Below the pieces are notes generated by a model that saw only the letters and a program-made list of their open reading frames with translations, was not told where the DNA came from and did not search any database. Positions 13,003 to 26,070 of a DNA stretch of 64,000 nucleotides are shown in pieces. The translations under genes and the position numbers were made by a program. Position 1 is the first letter of the stretch; the number at the start of each line of letters is the position of its first letter. This DNA is from Tubiluchus corallicola (lineage: Eukaryota > Animalia > Priapulida): contig JAQGDQ010001079.1 in the NCBI GenBank assembly GCA_030141605.1, forward strand, positions 787 through 64,786, in the 5' to 3' direction.

Positions 13003-14431
13003 CAGTAGCATTGAGAAATTTTACTTTTTGCACAATATTTGTTAATTTTGTTACAGTGAGTAATTGCAAGTTAAAAACAGCTAATGGATCTATTAAGAGG
13101 GGTTCTTAAGCTTTAAAATTATCACATTTTTGTGTCAAAATGTTGTTGGGTTTTCGCTAAATTTTTTAGCCACTAATTTCAGGGTGGAACTTTTCTTGTA
13201 AGTGGTGCTCGCGTGGCGGTTGACATAAGAACTGAAATCACGTAAAGCCCAGGCAGATCATCATCAAAACTAACGATGCGTCGCTTCACTCAGTGATTTT
13301 TTGTTTGCCGATTTTTTTTTAAATGATAGAATTTTATGTTTCGAGATTGTTTTCTTTACAACTAACCGGTTACTGTTACGCGTGTTTTATTAATGAGTTA
13401 TACAGCATTAGTACCGAACACTTTTTTCGCGGATTGGCAAGGGCTTGAGTTTTCCCGCAGTAACTGCTAGATTTGGATTTATCTTTTCATTTTGTTTGTT
13501 TCATATTTTTACTGTATATTGTACTTGAAATCCACTTTCGTACGTATTGTTTTGTAATGGACGAACTAAAATACTAATCAATAGGCAGTGTGTGTACTGC
13601 GCATGTAATGGCTGTCAAGTGTCAGTCACTAAAAATTCAATCAATTCGTCACAGTCACAAAAAGATTAGACTGTGTAACACCGTGCTATTTCATGTAATC
13701 TATGACAGTTACTGCATGTGATGCCTAACGAAGAGCCAACTTGGATCTCAGAGCATCTAAGAGGTACTAAGAAAAGTCTTATGTGAGAAAACGGTACGTC
13801 ATATTGGAATACATTAAGTGAAACAAAACCCCGTCCTAACGGCAATTTGCATAGTGCTTATGAAGAATATAACGACATATTATGTTTCTTAAACTCAGAC
13901 ATTGAAATGTTTAGCCAAACAAGTCGTACAAGTATAGATAAACAGCAAGTTTTAATACCATTATTCAGACTATGACTATGAGATAAGCATTATGACACAA
14001 TGACATACCACGACATGACAGACATTATGACATATAATTAAAATACTAATATAAATAGTTGTTGAAAATTAATAGTCATTGTAAAATATCTAGATGGAAA
14101 AGGTGAAACAAAGCTCAATATTTTATATAAATTGAAATTCTACAAACTTTTTCTACATGTTGAAAGCATGTTTATAAATATAAAACATGAAAAAATTAAG
14201 CCTTTTATAACACAGCTGTTACTACAGATCATGAGATGGATCAATGTTAAATTTAACATAATGACAGAAAAACAAAACAAGTTGAAACACATTCCAGACA
14301 TATACTGTAGATAAACTGCATGTAATTATCATTTCCAAATCATTTTAATTAATTGTAACACGTATTGAATATATTTCTTTGACCCACACAGTGACTTATA
14401 TCTTCCTACCCCATACACATACATGTAATTA

Positions 14432-14756
14432 CCGTCGACCCTCGTTAAACCGGACCCCGTTCGCCCGGATATCAGATAAGACGGACGTCATCCGTCGTAA
14501 AGGAAACTGACCGATTTCCGTCCTAGCCGCAGCGCTAAACACAACACGGCCTACCAACTGTACAATAATTTCTTTATCGTCACAGGTTAACTATTTTAAA
14601 GTAATATACAGTATAGTATATAGTGAAATGTATATAGGCCTTATTAAGGTGATTATTCCTGTATGATATAGCCCATATATAGGCATATCGGATAAATCGG
14701 ACAATCAGCTAAAAATTGGACCCCCCCAATTAGTCCGGTTTAACGAGGTTTGACTG
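14432..14756. mobile_element. Tc1/mariner (pogo/Tigger-like) MITE
   Basis: TA-CCGTCGACCCTCGTTAAACCGGAC...GTCCGGTTTAACGAGGTTTGACTG-TA. Confidence 0.8.
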
Positions 14757-14898
14757 TACATCATGTAAACGTAATTGTTTCACTTAGGAAGAATCATTAT
14801 TACATCTACCAAATTTAATAAACATGACAACCCTAGTTATTTCTGATTATATTTTCTAGGACAATCTCAACATCACGATTTGCATAATGGTAAATTAA

Positions 14899-15530
14899 AG
14901 CACAAGAAAACTCTGCACTTACATCAAGCTTAAAAATTCATCTTGAAATTTTGTGCCACATAATACTGCCTTTTTACGTACAGGAATTCAGTCGACAGAC
15001 ATGTAAAACATGTAAATCTAAACTCCCGCGATGACCGTTAGACTCAACCATTTTGACGATAAATCATTTGAAACAAGTTTAGATAACATTTTGTAAAATT
15101 TGAAAAAATAATCAGAGCATTCGTAGCGCACAAGTCACTAACTAAATAAAATTTAAAATTACTGTATCTTGTCAATAAGATTAAAAATACGTTTTTGGTT
15201 ACTGAGTGGTGCACCCTGGAGGTGAGTCAGTGACATTTTTTCAATTGGTGAAAACACTTTAAATAATTGATAATTTTCTTTTCTAGTTACATGAGTCTTT
15301 CAAGTAGGTAAGCGAAAAGCTAACTAATATAACTTTGCATGGAAAATTTCTAGGGCATAATCTAACATGTCCTTTTCTTCCTCTGATTTACGTTGTGCAT
15401 GTGTGACGTCATATAATGGCGCCGTCGGAACAGCATTGCGTGAGATTTAAAATGAAAAATGTTTCTATAAAGTAACGTATTTTTTAAGGCAATTTCGTGA
15501 AACCTACATCAGGTATCCCTTCTCTTGTCC
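14899..15530 (+). mobile_element. Kolobok/T2-like MITE, uninterrupted copy
   Basis: TTAA-AGCACAAGAAAA...TCTTGTCC-TTAA. Confidence 0.8.
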
Positions 15531-16658
15531 TTAACTATGAAAAGATTTCTACGTTTGTAATTTCGGTTAAATTTGATGAGATGTATAGTTGTGATATTAG
15601 ACAGCAGTATTGAAAACTGCAACAGCTTTTTTTAAATCATGACTGAGATTAAATGATAATTACCTGGGTTAGTTAAATTTTGTTAAACTTTCTAAGCTAT
15701 GCACGGCTCAGCAAATCTACTAAGACTGGCAATAATGCCTTTTTCTCATATTTGCTTGGCTGACAAATAGGCGCGGTACCATGATAAAGATGATCATATC
15801 AACTGCAGTGTTCATTTACGATGTTATTGGCCCTTTTTTGTGACATCACATCTGCGTCTTATGTCTTTTCTTACACAAACGTGCTAGATGTGCGGGGAAG
15901 ATGCCTGCCATTGTACAAATTGTGGTTAGTTTGTGATGTAAGCAATAGCTGTGTTCCGGCTTTCCAAGCGAATTATTCAATTATATAAACAACTTTTATA
16001 ATCAAGAATATGTATATTTTGGAAAGAAATTAAAATGAGATTGAGTCTAATCAATCGTCCAATTTTCCTTCAAAGCATACTGATTAATACAATTTTGTAA
16101 TCATTACTGACCTTGTTATTGACATATTTTAGTCAATAAGACAGATGTAGTTTGTTAGTGTCTCTGAGAGGCATTTATGACAACTTCAAAAGTCTCAGTT
16201 GTATTTTCATATAAACCACTGATCCTTTATTTCTGCAACATTTAAAACAAAAAATAGAAAGGCAAAGGTGACTGACATTGGCTAATTTAGTTAGATTGTT
16301 AATGAATAATGAATCAATGAATAAATAAAAATAAAAATTAATAGAAATAAACTTACATCTTTGCGGCATATATCTAATGAAAAATTTCGCTAGCTTGTTA
16401 CAGACATGTTCACTCATACAACAGAACAGCGTAAATGAAAACGTAACTAGGTCAATGCCCACACTTTAAACTTTCTAGCTAGATGGAGCCACCTTGGCTA
16501 CAAAATTAAAATTTATTAAGTTAGGTTCACACTGGCCTTAATATAGTTTATATTTCTGTTTCAGGTTAATACTTGTAAGCCAGTACTGTCAACAGAGACC
16601 ATACTATCAAAAACAAACGATATTAGCCAATTGATTCTTATCAACTCTATTTATTACC

Positions 16659-18362
16659 ATGGCTCATTTTAACCTCATGGACGGTGTGCAGAGTGGATGC
16701 AGTTCACCCACACTGGATGACGGTAATGACGAAATAGCCAGTTTGCTTTCGTACGTGTGTGATATAGTCCATACTTGCGTAGATGACACTATGATTATAC
16801 CAAGTGATCAGTCGAATGAATCAACCATTATTGATTATCAGACAGTTAATGGAGATACTGCAGCAACTGTTGAAACTAATTATTTAATAAGAGGTTTGGA
16901 TAAACTGCATGCATCACAAAATGACTCTCAGATCATAAATAGAGACGAACTAGTTGACATTGATAAGCCTCAAGCATTTGACAAATTACTCAAAGTCAAG
17001 AAGGAACACGACACTTTTCCTGGAGATGTTTTAACTGATAAAGGTACAAATACAAACAGTGATGATTATTTAGTGCGGAAAACAGAGCATGGTGATATTT
17101 TTGCACAAGTGACAGAGAAAGATTATTCCTTGCAAGATGGTACTGATGCGTATGATTCACGAATCATCGTTAAGGACAACAGTGTCGAATTCGACGTGAC
17201 GACTTCATCCGAATCAAGGAAGCGAAGAAAATCGAGGCCGCCTGGTAGAATCTTCGTAAAATTTGCAAATGCTAAGCCACACAAGTGTGACCTTTGCCCG
17301 TTAACTTTTAGATGGCCAAGTGAATTGAAGGCGCACAGAAGAACTCACAGCGAGGAACGACCGTATTTGTGCAGTGATTGTGGCAAAGCGTTTTTCAGCA
17401 AAACTGGATTGAAGTGGCATTTGAAAAAGTGGCACTCAGAAGGCAAGATGAAGTGGCATGTCGAACCTCACACGGGTGAGAAAACATTCTTGTGTAGTGA
17501 TTGTGGAAAGGCATTTTCAAGTAGAAATGGAATGAAAGGTCACTGGAAGAAGTGGCATTCGGATAACGAGTATTTTCTGTGCAGTGAGTGTGGTGCCACA
17601 TTTGGTGACGTGTATTCGCTGAGAACTCATATGCTAACTCATTCAGATATCAGACCTTTTAAGTGCAACGAATGTGAGATGACGTTTAAGCACTTGATTA
17701 CTCTGAAACTACATGTTCGTAGAATGCACATTCTTGATAAGCCATTTAAGTGTAATGAGTGCGAAGCATCTTTTGTCGATCGCGGCTCGTTGAACAGACA
17801 TCTAAAAATCCACATGGAAGACAGGCCAAAACCATTCAAGTGTGCCGACTGCGATAAAGCTTTTGACTCCAAACATCACTTGAAAAGCCACGTCATTGTT
17901 CACACCGGACTGAAGCCATACAAATGTGAAACATGCAGTAAAGCTTTCGCTCATTCGTCAAGGTTGCGCAGCCATTTGAAACTGCATACGGGCGAGAAAC
18001 CGAAGGACCTCGAGCGGAAATATCGGTGCAACTTATGTCCCTCTGCTTTCGTTAGTTCTGGAAACTTAAAGAAACACATGGTCACCCACACTCAAGAGAG
18101 GCCGTATCTGTGTAGTGAGTGTGGTGCAGCTTTTGCTCACAAGTACGTTTTAACCAGGCACACCCAAATTCACACGGGCCAGTACAAGCCATTTAACTGT
18201 GACACGTGCGGACAAACCTTTCGCGAAAAATCAAATTTGAAGAAACATGAGAGAAAGCATACAGGTGAACGGCCTTACAAGTGTGACTTTTGCGCAGCAG
18301 CATTCGCAGATCCATCTAACTTTAAGAAGCATGTATCTAAACATAAAAGCATACCAGTATGA
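16659..18362 (+). CDS. C2H2 zinc-finger protein (12 fingers, acidic N-terminus), single coding exon
   Basis: 567-aa ORF with 12 CxxC...HxxxH/HxxxxH units and TGEKP/TGERP-like linkers; basic patch RKRRKSR; in-frame TGA at 16632 fixes the ATG; splice acceptor tttctgtttcag ending 16564 implies an upstream 5' UTR exon. Confidence 0.95.
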   Translation: MAHFNLMDGVQSGCSSPTLDDGNDEIASLLSYVCDIVHTCVDDTMIIPSDQSNESTIIDYQTVNGDTAATVETNYLIRGLDKLHASQNDSQIINRDELVDIDKPQAFDKLLKVKKEHDTFPGDVLTDKGTNTNSDDYLVRKTEHGDIFAQVTEKDYSLQDGTDAYDSRIIVKDNSVEFDVTTSSESRKRRKSRPPGRIFVKFANAKPHKCDLCPLTFRWPSELKAHRRTHSEERPYLCSDCGKAFFSKTGLKWHLKKWHSEGKMKWHVEPHTGEKTFLCSDCGKAFSSRNGMKGHWKKWHSDNEYFLCSECGATFGDVYSLRTHMLTHSDIRPFKCNECEMTFKHLITLKLHVRRMHILDKPFKCNECEASFVDRGSLNRHLKIHMEDRPKPFKCADCDKAFDSKHHLKSHVIVHTGLKPYKCETCSKAFAHSSRLRSHLKLHTGEKPKDLERKYRCNLCPSAFVSSGNLKKHMVTHTQERPYLCSECGAAFAHKYVLTRHTQIHTGQYKPFNCDTCGQTFREKSNLKKHERKHTGERPYKCDFCAAAFADPSNFKKHVSKHKSIPV

Positions 18363-19014
18363 TTTATGCAGGTAGTTTTTGCAGTTGATTTTAAGAAACA
18401 TACGCGTATCAAGAATGGAAGAATGACTTACGCGAAGAAATATTACCAGAGAAATACAATTTAGCATTTGCACGGCTAGTTTTTTGCTGTTACATACATT
18501 TGACTATTCGTTGGTTAGACGGGCACTAGCGCATCTCGAAATCGCGTTGCACAAGAAACAGGTGCTGTACCTCTCATTCCGAATTGTTCGTTTGTGATGT
18601 AGTGCACGTGTTACAAAGCTCGTGAGTGAGCACGACGGTAAAACTTGAAATTGCAATTTTAAACTTGAAAAAATTAGTTTAGTATCAATAAAGACAGTCA
18701 ATCGACAAATTCGGACTGGCACTCCCCGCTTTTGTCCAGCAAACCGAGATACGAGTGCAATAATAATATAACTTGTAGTAATAATAATAATAGCCAGCAC
18801 CGCCATCCCGTTCCCGTTCTTCAGATCTCAGGCGTATAACTTTTGCAAAAAACGGCCGAAAAATGGTCATTTTTGGAGGTTTTTTGCCCCCCGTTCATCC
18901 CGGTGGGCCCGATTTGAAAAATAAACCCCCAATGGCACGACACTAGATCGAGACCTTTCGTTTGATGTATAGATCGCCGCAAATGGTGCCGTCGTCGAAG
19001 CTGTAGCCTCGAAT

Positions 19015-19048
<34 letters not shown>

Positions 19049-19455
19049 AAGAATATTAATATATAGATAATAATAATAATATTAATGATAATTATAATTT
19101 CACTTGATGTATTGCAGCATTTTTTCTACATGTGCATGTTGTTATTTTAGCATCATACTCCCTTTGCAAAAGAGTGAGCCATTGCAATTGTACACCAGTC
19201 TTACAATTGTAATCAGTGTAAAGTTTGTAGTTTAAATGTGTCCCGTTGTTAATTTATTCAGCCGAAATACAGGGGCCGCTTCTAAGCTAATTACACAGAT
19301 TTGTTCAAATTTGGCAATGTGCCAAGAAGGGGCCCGCACGCAAATGGAGGTTGTTAATTGTTTATTTATTTATTTTGCAATTTCAGTTTATTATTAACAT
19401 TATAGTTTTTTTTAAAAATAAGACAATTGGCGAGCTCTGTATGCATTACTTAGAG

Positions 19456-19934
19456 CAGGGGTGTGCAAATTATCTGACTAGCCGGGCTACATTAAACTTT
19501 CCCGCAATTCCTGCGGGCCACAGGCAGTTTTATCAAGGAGCCAAGTACAGTAGGGCCTAATAACGATTTTTTTTGCATCCGACCTGCGTACATCATTACT
19601 ACTAAACTCAAGAAACTATTTTAGAAGTTATTAAAATTTATATTACAAACCATATATTTCTACTTTCAGGACAGATAGTGGTAATTTCATTACAATGCAT
19701 ATTAGTAATGTGTATCACACAGTCTGTGTAGTACAGTGACATTAAGCTACAACCGTCTTGTAAGGATTAATGGCATCCGATCTAGTAGAAAAAACTACCC
19801 ACACTATCTTTGGGATCGTGGCACGGACTTCAGCTGGATACACTCAATTAATCGCCCGGGCCGCACTTTCATTAGATTGACAAATGTCTTCGTGGGCCGC
19901 AAGTGGCCCTCGGGCTGCAATTTGCACACCCCTG
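19456..19934 (+). mobile_element. hAT (Charlie-like) MITE
   Basis: CAGGGGTGTGCAAAT...ATTTGCACACCCCTG; 8-bp TSD ACTTAGAG/AGTTAGAG; inverted copy at 40936-41428. Confidence 0.88.
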
Positions 19935-21235
19935 AGTTAGAGCATCATTGGATTTTAATTTTACCAATTTCTTGAACGAAAATTCAACAAATAATAATAA
20001 TTTTTGTTGAATAAAAATTCAACGAAAAACCCTCAACACAGATTAAAACTACGGTCAGCAATTTCATAAGAGAGACTAAATAATTTGGCGATGTTATCTA
20101 AAAGAAATGTCATTTCAAAAACCACATCCAATATTTGTAAAATGTAAATATTAATCCAAACATTGTTGATAATTTGTGTAAGAGTTGTTATTTGAATCAT
20201 TAAGTTTTGTATAATAATTTATTTGTATACTTGTTGTACATCTTATAATTATATGTCTGGATCACTTATCGTTTTTTCTTTTTCATTCTTTGTGATTTTC
20301 TTATTAGAATTATATAGATTGTTGTTGAAATTGTAATAAATAAACTATGATAAAAATTATCTAAAATAATCAGCAGTTTTTGCCATTTTTAATAACTTCT
20401 GTATACAGTACTTGAAAACCTGGGAGCAAAAAATCGTCCTGTTTTCCTTTAAAGTTATTTTAAAGCCTCTGTTCAGTAGGGGTGAGCATTCTCTACCAGA
20501 AAGCGAATTCGAATCGAACCGAACTTAAGTGTTTCGAATTCGAACCGAATTCGAATTGAGATTGAACAATTTTCGAACCACCAGTAAAAATTAGTCTTAC
20601 AAAGATTGTGTGTATAGATTTTGTTCTGCAATAAAACGACTAGTAATTTGTTTAAAATTGTGCACAGAAATCACTGCTAAATTACGCTAATTGCGTGTTG
20701 TTTCAATCGTTTTAGTGATCAGGATATTAATATTTCAATGTACACCAAATGTAAGTAAAAGTATGTAAGGCTTCGCACTTGCTTTTAGCTGCATATTTTT
20801 GCTCAACACATTAGTATCAATGATGTTTCAGTAATTTCATTAGACAAACACTACAAGTACAGTGAATGTCCATCTGTTTTTTTATAATCCAGTCAAGCGT
20901 GATGATTATTGTCAACACAACCGCCACCACGAACACAACAATGACGACGACAGCAACAGCATTTAGCAAACAAATCAGAACCTCCATAGATTTCCGTCGG
21001 TCATTAGCCTAAACATGATCCAGTATCTGTCATCTACTTGGGGACTAACGATCTACTAATGCGTTTTAAAAAGGCTATTACCTCTGTGAACTGGTCACTT
21101 CCAACTTGGAGGGTGAACGAACTCGAGTTTTCGCCACTTAATTAAGTTAACTGACGCTAAAGCACCCGTGACCTAAATTGCTGATGGAAAACTTGTCGGC
21201 ATGATTACGATACAGTGAAATGCAAAGTTGTTTAA

Positions 21236-21673
21236 CCCTTTCAGTCCCAAATTATTTTTTTAATAAGAATTTTTTTTTGGCTTGGTACTTTTGTTTCCAA
21301 TGTATCCTGTGGGATACACAACATTCTTTGTCATGTGCAAAAAAACAAAGTCCGACTTTTTTAAAAACACAACAAAAGCGAAAAATGTGCTTCATTTTGC
21401 AACTGCTGATAATTTTTTAAAGTATTTAAGACATTTAGTATGCACGCTATGCTGATCTGTACAAAGTCGTCTCTAAAGTACTGTACCTTGCGCAGTTTTT
21501 TATGCTATGTAGATTTTCTAGTTTGCCATTTTATCACTATTTTTAGTCTATTGTTATTGGCTTAAATAAAAATAACTATTAACAGATCAAATAACTGTCA
21601 GTTTTAAAATTTTATTATTTTTAAAGGCAGAAAATATTCTCGTATCCCACGGGATACAACGGGTATGAAAGGG
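21236..21673 (-). mobile_element. piggyBac-like MITE
   Basis: TTAA-CCCTTTCAG...TGAAAGGG-TTAA. Confidence 0.85.
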
Positions 21674-22663
21674 TTAAAAGAAAGGCAAGACTGGAGTTAA
21701 TATCTGTATTCTAACAACGAAAATTAGTTGACAATGTTCCAGACGTGGTCAGAAACTCAAGATTTTGCAACAAAAGTTATAAAATTGAGTCTTAAAATTA
21801 AAGAGACAACAGCCTTTTTTGAAAGTGCTTATTTTCTTTTACCGAATTCACGTTGCTTGAATGTAGTAACCGTATCCAGTCACACTAAAACAGCTGCAGA
21901 GAGTGCAAAAGCAGTTTTTAAATGGTATTTTCAACTTTGAACTGAACTAAAAGTGAAAAAACGCACATTGTGTAAATAATGGTGAATGAATAATACTCTA
22001 GATCACAAAACTATGCCTGACCAAATGCCCAGTCAAGAAAAAACCTTGTACATGCAAAGCAAAATGTTTTATTTTAAGAAGAAAACTTGTAATTCTTGAT
22101 AGGACTATTTTTTAAATTACATATCGACCTTAAATTGTTGAATTTGTTTAACATACGACGCTACTGATTTTGTAGAATGAAACAGCCATTGTGATATTTA
22201 ACCCCGAAGAGCTTGCTTGTATGCAGCTTATAAAATGTTGAGTACATAGAAAGTGCATTTTACATTGAAACCTCAGCATTTAACTGTTCAGCCCGCCACT
22301 CACGTGTCAGAGGTCAATAAATCTTCACATAACTTATACCATTCAGTTTGTCTCATTGAGACCTTTCATTTGTTGTATTACAAGCCAGTTTCGGTTGACA
22401 CAGGAAGACTCCTGTCTTTTCAACCCCTATTTTGCCCGCTAGTGGGGTCGCAGATTAACCATTCTCATTGTAACCCATCCTATTCGATTCGTCTCGCCGA
22501 GGCCTTTCATCTGATATGCTGCACGGTACTATTCATAGGAACTCGATGCAGTTTTGTTCCCGACCCCCATTTTCGTTTTTTTGCCCACTAATGGGGTCAG
22601 AGATCAACCAATCTCGGAATAACTTATAGTGTTCGGTTAGTAATTGCTAATGTGACATTAACC

Positions 22664-23938
22664 TCAGTTAGAAAACGGGCTGTTTAGTGAGACTAAACTG
22701 GCATATTTCTTGTTAAAACATTGATCATTATACCATGCACTCAAGGCTTTGTAGGCACCAAAGTAATTTCTTTCAGCTTCATTCCTCTCAAGCCCTGAAT
22801 TTTGTTTGTGAAGTTTTTTACATAACTCACACCAAAAGTCTTGTCTGTGTTTTAAATGTATCCTGTAATAATTACTGTAAGTTGGAAACATCAAAGTCGC
22901 TTTGTGATGTATTTTCCACAAAAAGTATTTACTATATTCCTCCTCTGTCATACTTTGTAAGAATTTTGCCAACATTTCTGGTGTGGCAAAGGCGTCCACA
23001 TTGATGTAGGAATTAGGAGGAAGGAAATGGGTGTAGTTTGCACCACCTAAAACTATTGGTACCACGTCATACTGCAGCGTGGCGTAAACCTTTTCTGTAA
23101 TGTAATCTTTACACACGGAGTTCTCAAAAGCTAAATAGAACTTGTAATTCTTTTCCAGAAACGCATAGGTGTGTTTGAAATCCTTTGTAGAGCTTCCATT
23201 TCGACATCTTCCATATATGTCGACAGCAATGAACTTCTTCAAATGATACACGTAATGTTCTCTTAAACTTGCTGTATCACAGTGACTTACAAACCAAGCA
23301 ACAAGTCTAGACTTTCTGTGTCTTCTGTGTTGACCGAACTTATATTTCTCTCCGGGATCACGTTTGATTATATCTCCATACTTTAACACTATATCAGAGT
23401 CTAATCTGTACGTCATTGTCCAATGTATGAAGCCATCCAATTCGCTTAAATTTGCTTTGGTATAACATGGTGACTCTGCTGAATACAAAACCCATTTCTG
23501 TCCTTCTAGTCTTTCTACTAGACTGGGTTTAATGTAATCATCACGGGGATGAATAACAACAGCACTGCTTTTGGTCAATAGAGAGCGATTGTTTGTAGTT
23601 TCACAGTAAGAAGAATCGAGTGAACAGTTCTCAACAAATGGTTTCCTTCCAAATCCCCATCTAAAATCTTTATTACCGTGTAATTTATTCCAGAGTAAGA
23701 TAAGCTTGGTTGTTCCGGTACTGTTGATTCTTCTTAATTTAGGCTCTTCTTTTGCACAGATATGGGAATCCGGACTATCGCAAACAGTACGCCGAAAAAC
23801 TACGCCTGGTTTAGTCTTTTGAGTTACGTGCGAGATAATGAAACTGTAACATACCAAAATGGCGAAACAAAATGAAAGCAGAACAAAAATCGCCTTGGTT
23901 AAAATGACTTTTTTGTAAGAGTTTTTTAAACAGCACAT
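22664..23938 (-). CDS. Alpha-1,3-fucosyltransferase (GT10, FucTC-like), intronless type II membrane protein
   Basis: 424 aa; N-terminal TM (AIFVLLSFCFAILVCYSFII); motifs ILLW, ESP, WTMTYRLDSDI, VAWFVSHC, YKFYLAFENSVCKDYITEK, VVPIVLGG, PPNSYINV, CELC. Confidence 0.95.
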   Translation of the reverse strand: MCCLKNSYKKVILTKAIFVLLSFCFAILVCYSFIISHVTQKTKPGVVFRRTVCDSPDSHICAKEEPKLRRINSTGTTKLILLWNKLHGNKDFRWGFGRKPFVENCSLDSSYCETTNNRSLLTKSSAVVIHPRDDYIKPSLVERLEGQKWVLYSAESPCYTKANLSELDGFIHWTMTYRLDSDIVLKYGDIIKRDPGEKYKFGQHRRHRKSRLVAWFVSHCDTASLREHYVYHLKKFIAVDIYGRCRNGSSTKDFKHTYAFLEKNYKFYLAFENSVCKDYITEKVYATLQYDVVPIVLGGANYTHFLPPNSYINVDAFATPEMLAKFLQSMTEEEYSKYFLWKIHHKATLMFPTYSNYYRIHLKHRQDFWCELCKKLHKQNSGLERNEAERNYFGAYKALSAWYNDQCFNKKYASLVSLNSPFSN

Positions 23939-24112
23939 TTTACACTATAAAGTAGCAAGTTGAAATACTACAAGTACCGAAAAGACATAGTACATAGTAG
24001 ACATAGACATAGTTTCACGAGTATAAAAGTCATTTACTCGGTAGACATTTCACGGAAATGTAAGTGTAGTTAAGTTGGTAAGAAGTATGTGACCGGCTTG
24101 ATTTTGTGGTAT

Positions 24113-24122
24113 TGCGCATGCG
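24113..24122. promoter_or_regulatory. NRF1-like motif TGCGCATGCG ~175 bp upstream of the FucT ATG
   Basis: Motif match and position only; the same motif also occurs at ~46380 with no gene start nearby. Confidence 0.3.
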
Positions 24123-24667
24123 TCAACAGAACGTAATCATCTCAGAATGTCACAAGTTTGTGTACTTTTAAAAGAATGGTTAAAGACAAACACTTTGTAG
24201 GTACGAAAATGAACAGTTGGATGTATTAATAACAGCAGTAAAGGCTATAATTATAGAATTTCTTTGACTTTATGCTGAGAGAATTATTTCTTGAATATTC
24301 TTTTTTAATTGCGAACGTCTTTTACCTTATTTAACTAATAATAATAATTTATTTATTATAATTAATAAATTGGAAATCAATTTATAATTATTATTCCTAA
24401 TAATTTAGCTTATCAATGTTTATAATGATTTTGTAATTATACATAAAGTTACTGCGAACACGAGTAAAACTAGAATTTTATCCATAAAACCAGCTTGTAT
24501 GAGGTGATGTTTGATGTTTGAAACGGGTGATGTTTATTTAAATAATTTACTTTTAAAAATGTGGAAGAAGAGAAATATCTTGGCAATATCTTTGATTATG
24601 AAAATATGGTTGATCGTGATACAGATAGACAGCGTGCTTTGTTTTACGCATGGTCAAACATATTTAT

Positions 24668-26070
24668 TATATATATATTAATTCTTTATTTGTCATAAAA
24701 ATGGTTCACTCATTATAATAAAATTGAGTAAGCCTCAGCGTAATGTCAAAATAACCACACTGTTCAAGACAAATGCGTCCAGTGCATACTAAAAAAACTA
24801 AAGTGCAAAACTATATACAATAAATGAACATATTTACAAACACCATATTAAAATATTTTTCCAAAATAATTTTACGAAAGTACATTAAATTTTACATGTC
24901 ATATTTTACACTATATATACATTTGACAAGACACAATTAACAGAAACATGCTTTACATTACATAAATTTCACTTATTACATTTACACTATTTATACATTT
25001 AACATTACAAAACTAACATAACACGTATTACATTACATAATTTTTTTTAAAAAAATTTCATTTTTAATCGTTATATGGAGTCAGGGGCGGGGGTAGATCA
25101 AAGTGGAGTCTGTGTAATTAGTATCAGATGCACAATGTGGAAGTTGAAACCTGTTATATTGATATTCTTTTAATTTCTTTTTAAAGTGGTGGAGAGATTC
25201 TATTTGTTTTATTTCACTGGGTAGTAAGTTCCATAAATTTATGGCCTGTTTTGATATGGAGTTATTTCCAAATTTATTGTTTACTGTAATTTGCTTTAAA
25301 TTGTATGTTCTAGTGTTTAAAGTGGTATCAGGAATAAATGCTAAGGGATTGTTTATAAATGGAATGCTCAGTTTATTTATATATTTATAAAGAAATATCA
25401 GTGTTTTGTAATCTCGATAAGCTTCTAATTTTGGTATTTTTGTGGACGTTCTTAAGCTTGTTGCAGAAGCAGCATGTTGTTTAGCAGTTTTGTCTTTGTA
25501 TTTAGTTTTCTAAAGTTTTCATATTTAATGTTTTGAAGTAAAGTGCAACCATATAGATAATGTGGTAATATTAGACTTTTGTAGATGAGAATTTTTGTTT
25601 TCTTGGTTAGATGGCCTCTGGTTTGGCGTCAGAATGTCGTGCTTAATGCCATCTTGTTGTGTATTTGATGAAACTGTTCATCCCAAGTGAGTTTATTGTC
25701 GACAGTAATGCCTAAAAATTTTACAGTTTTTGCTTGTTCCATGGAACAGTCACCTACTTTTAGTGTTGCATTAGAAGAAGTAATGTCATTTGATTTGGGT
25801 GATATTACCATAAATTCTGTCTTATCATCATTCATTTTTAAACCAAAATAGTTAAATGCTGCATTTATATTCGTTATGTCTTTTTCTAGATTATTTTTTG
25901 ATGTTAGAAAGTCTGCGTCTGCTGTATAGAGTGTTGTATCATCGGCATATTGTGTTAAGTCTGAATTATGTAAAACTAAATGAATTTTATTAACGTATAA
26001 ACAAAAGAGTAAAGGACCTAATATCGTACCTTGCGGGATGCCTCTCTGTGGTGTGTCCCATGTTGAATTT
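24668..26070 (-). mobile_element. 5'-truncated, degenerate CR1/L2-group LINE with RT remnant and (TA)n tail
   Basis: GIPQGTILGPLLFCLYVN, YADDT, KFLGITVDNKLTW; frameshifted C-terminus; AT-rich 3' UTR ending GACAAATAAAGAATTAA(TA)n. Confidence 0.9.

Noticed and set aside
18700-19045. Helentron/DINE-like element (GAGACCTTTCGTTTGAT motif; similar degenerate repeats at 22290-22640)
   Set aside because: Suggestive motifs only; the termini could not be defined, so it is not called as a feature.
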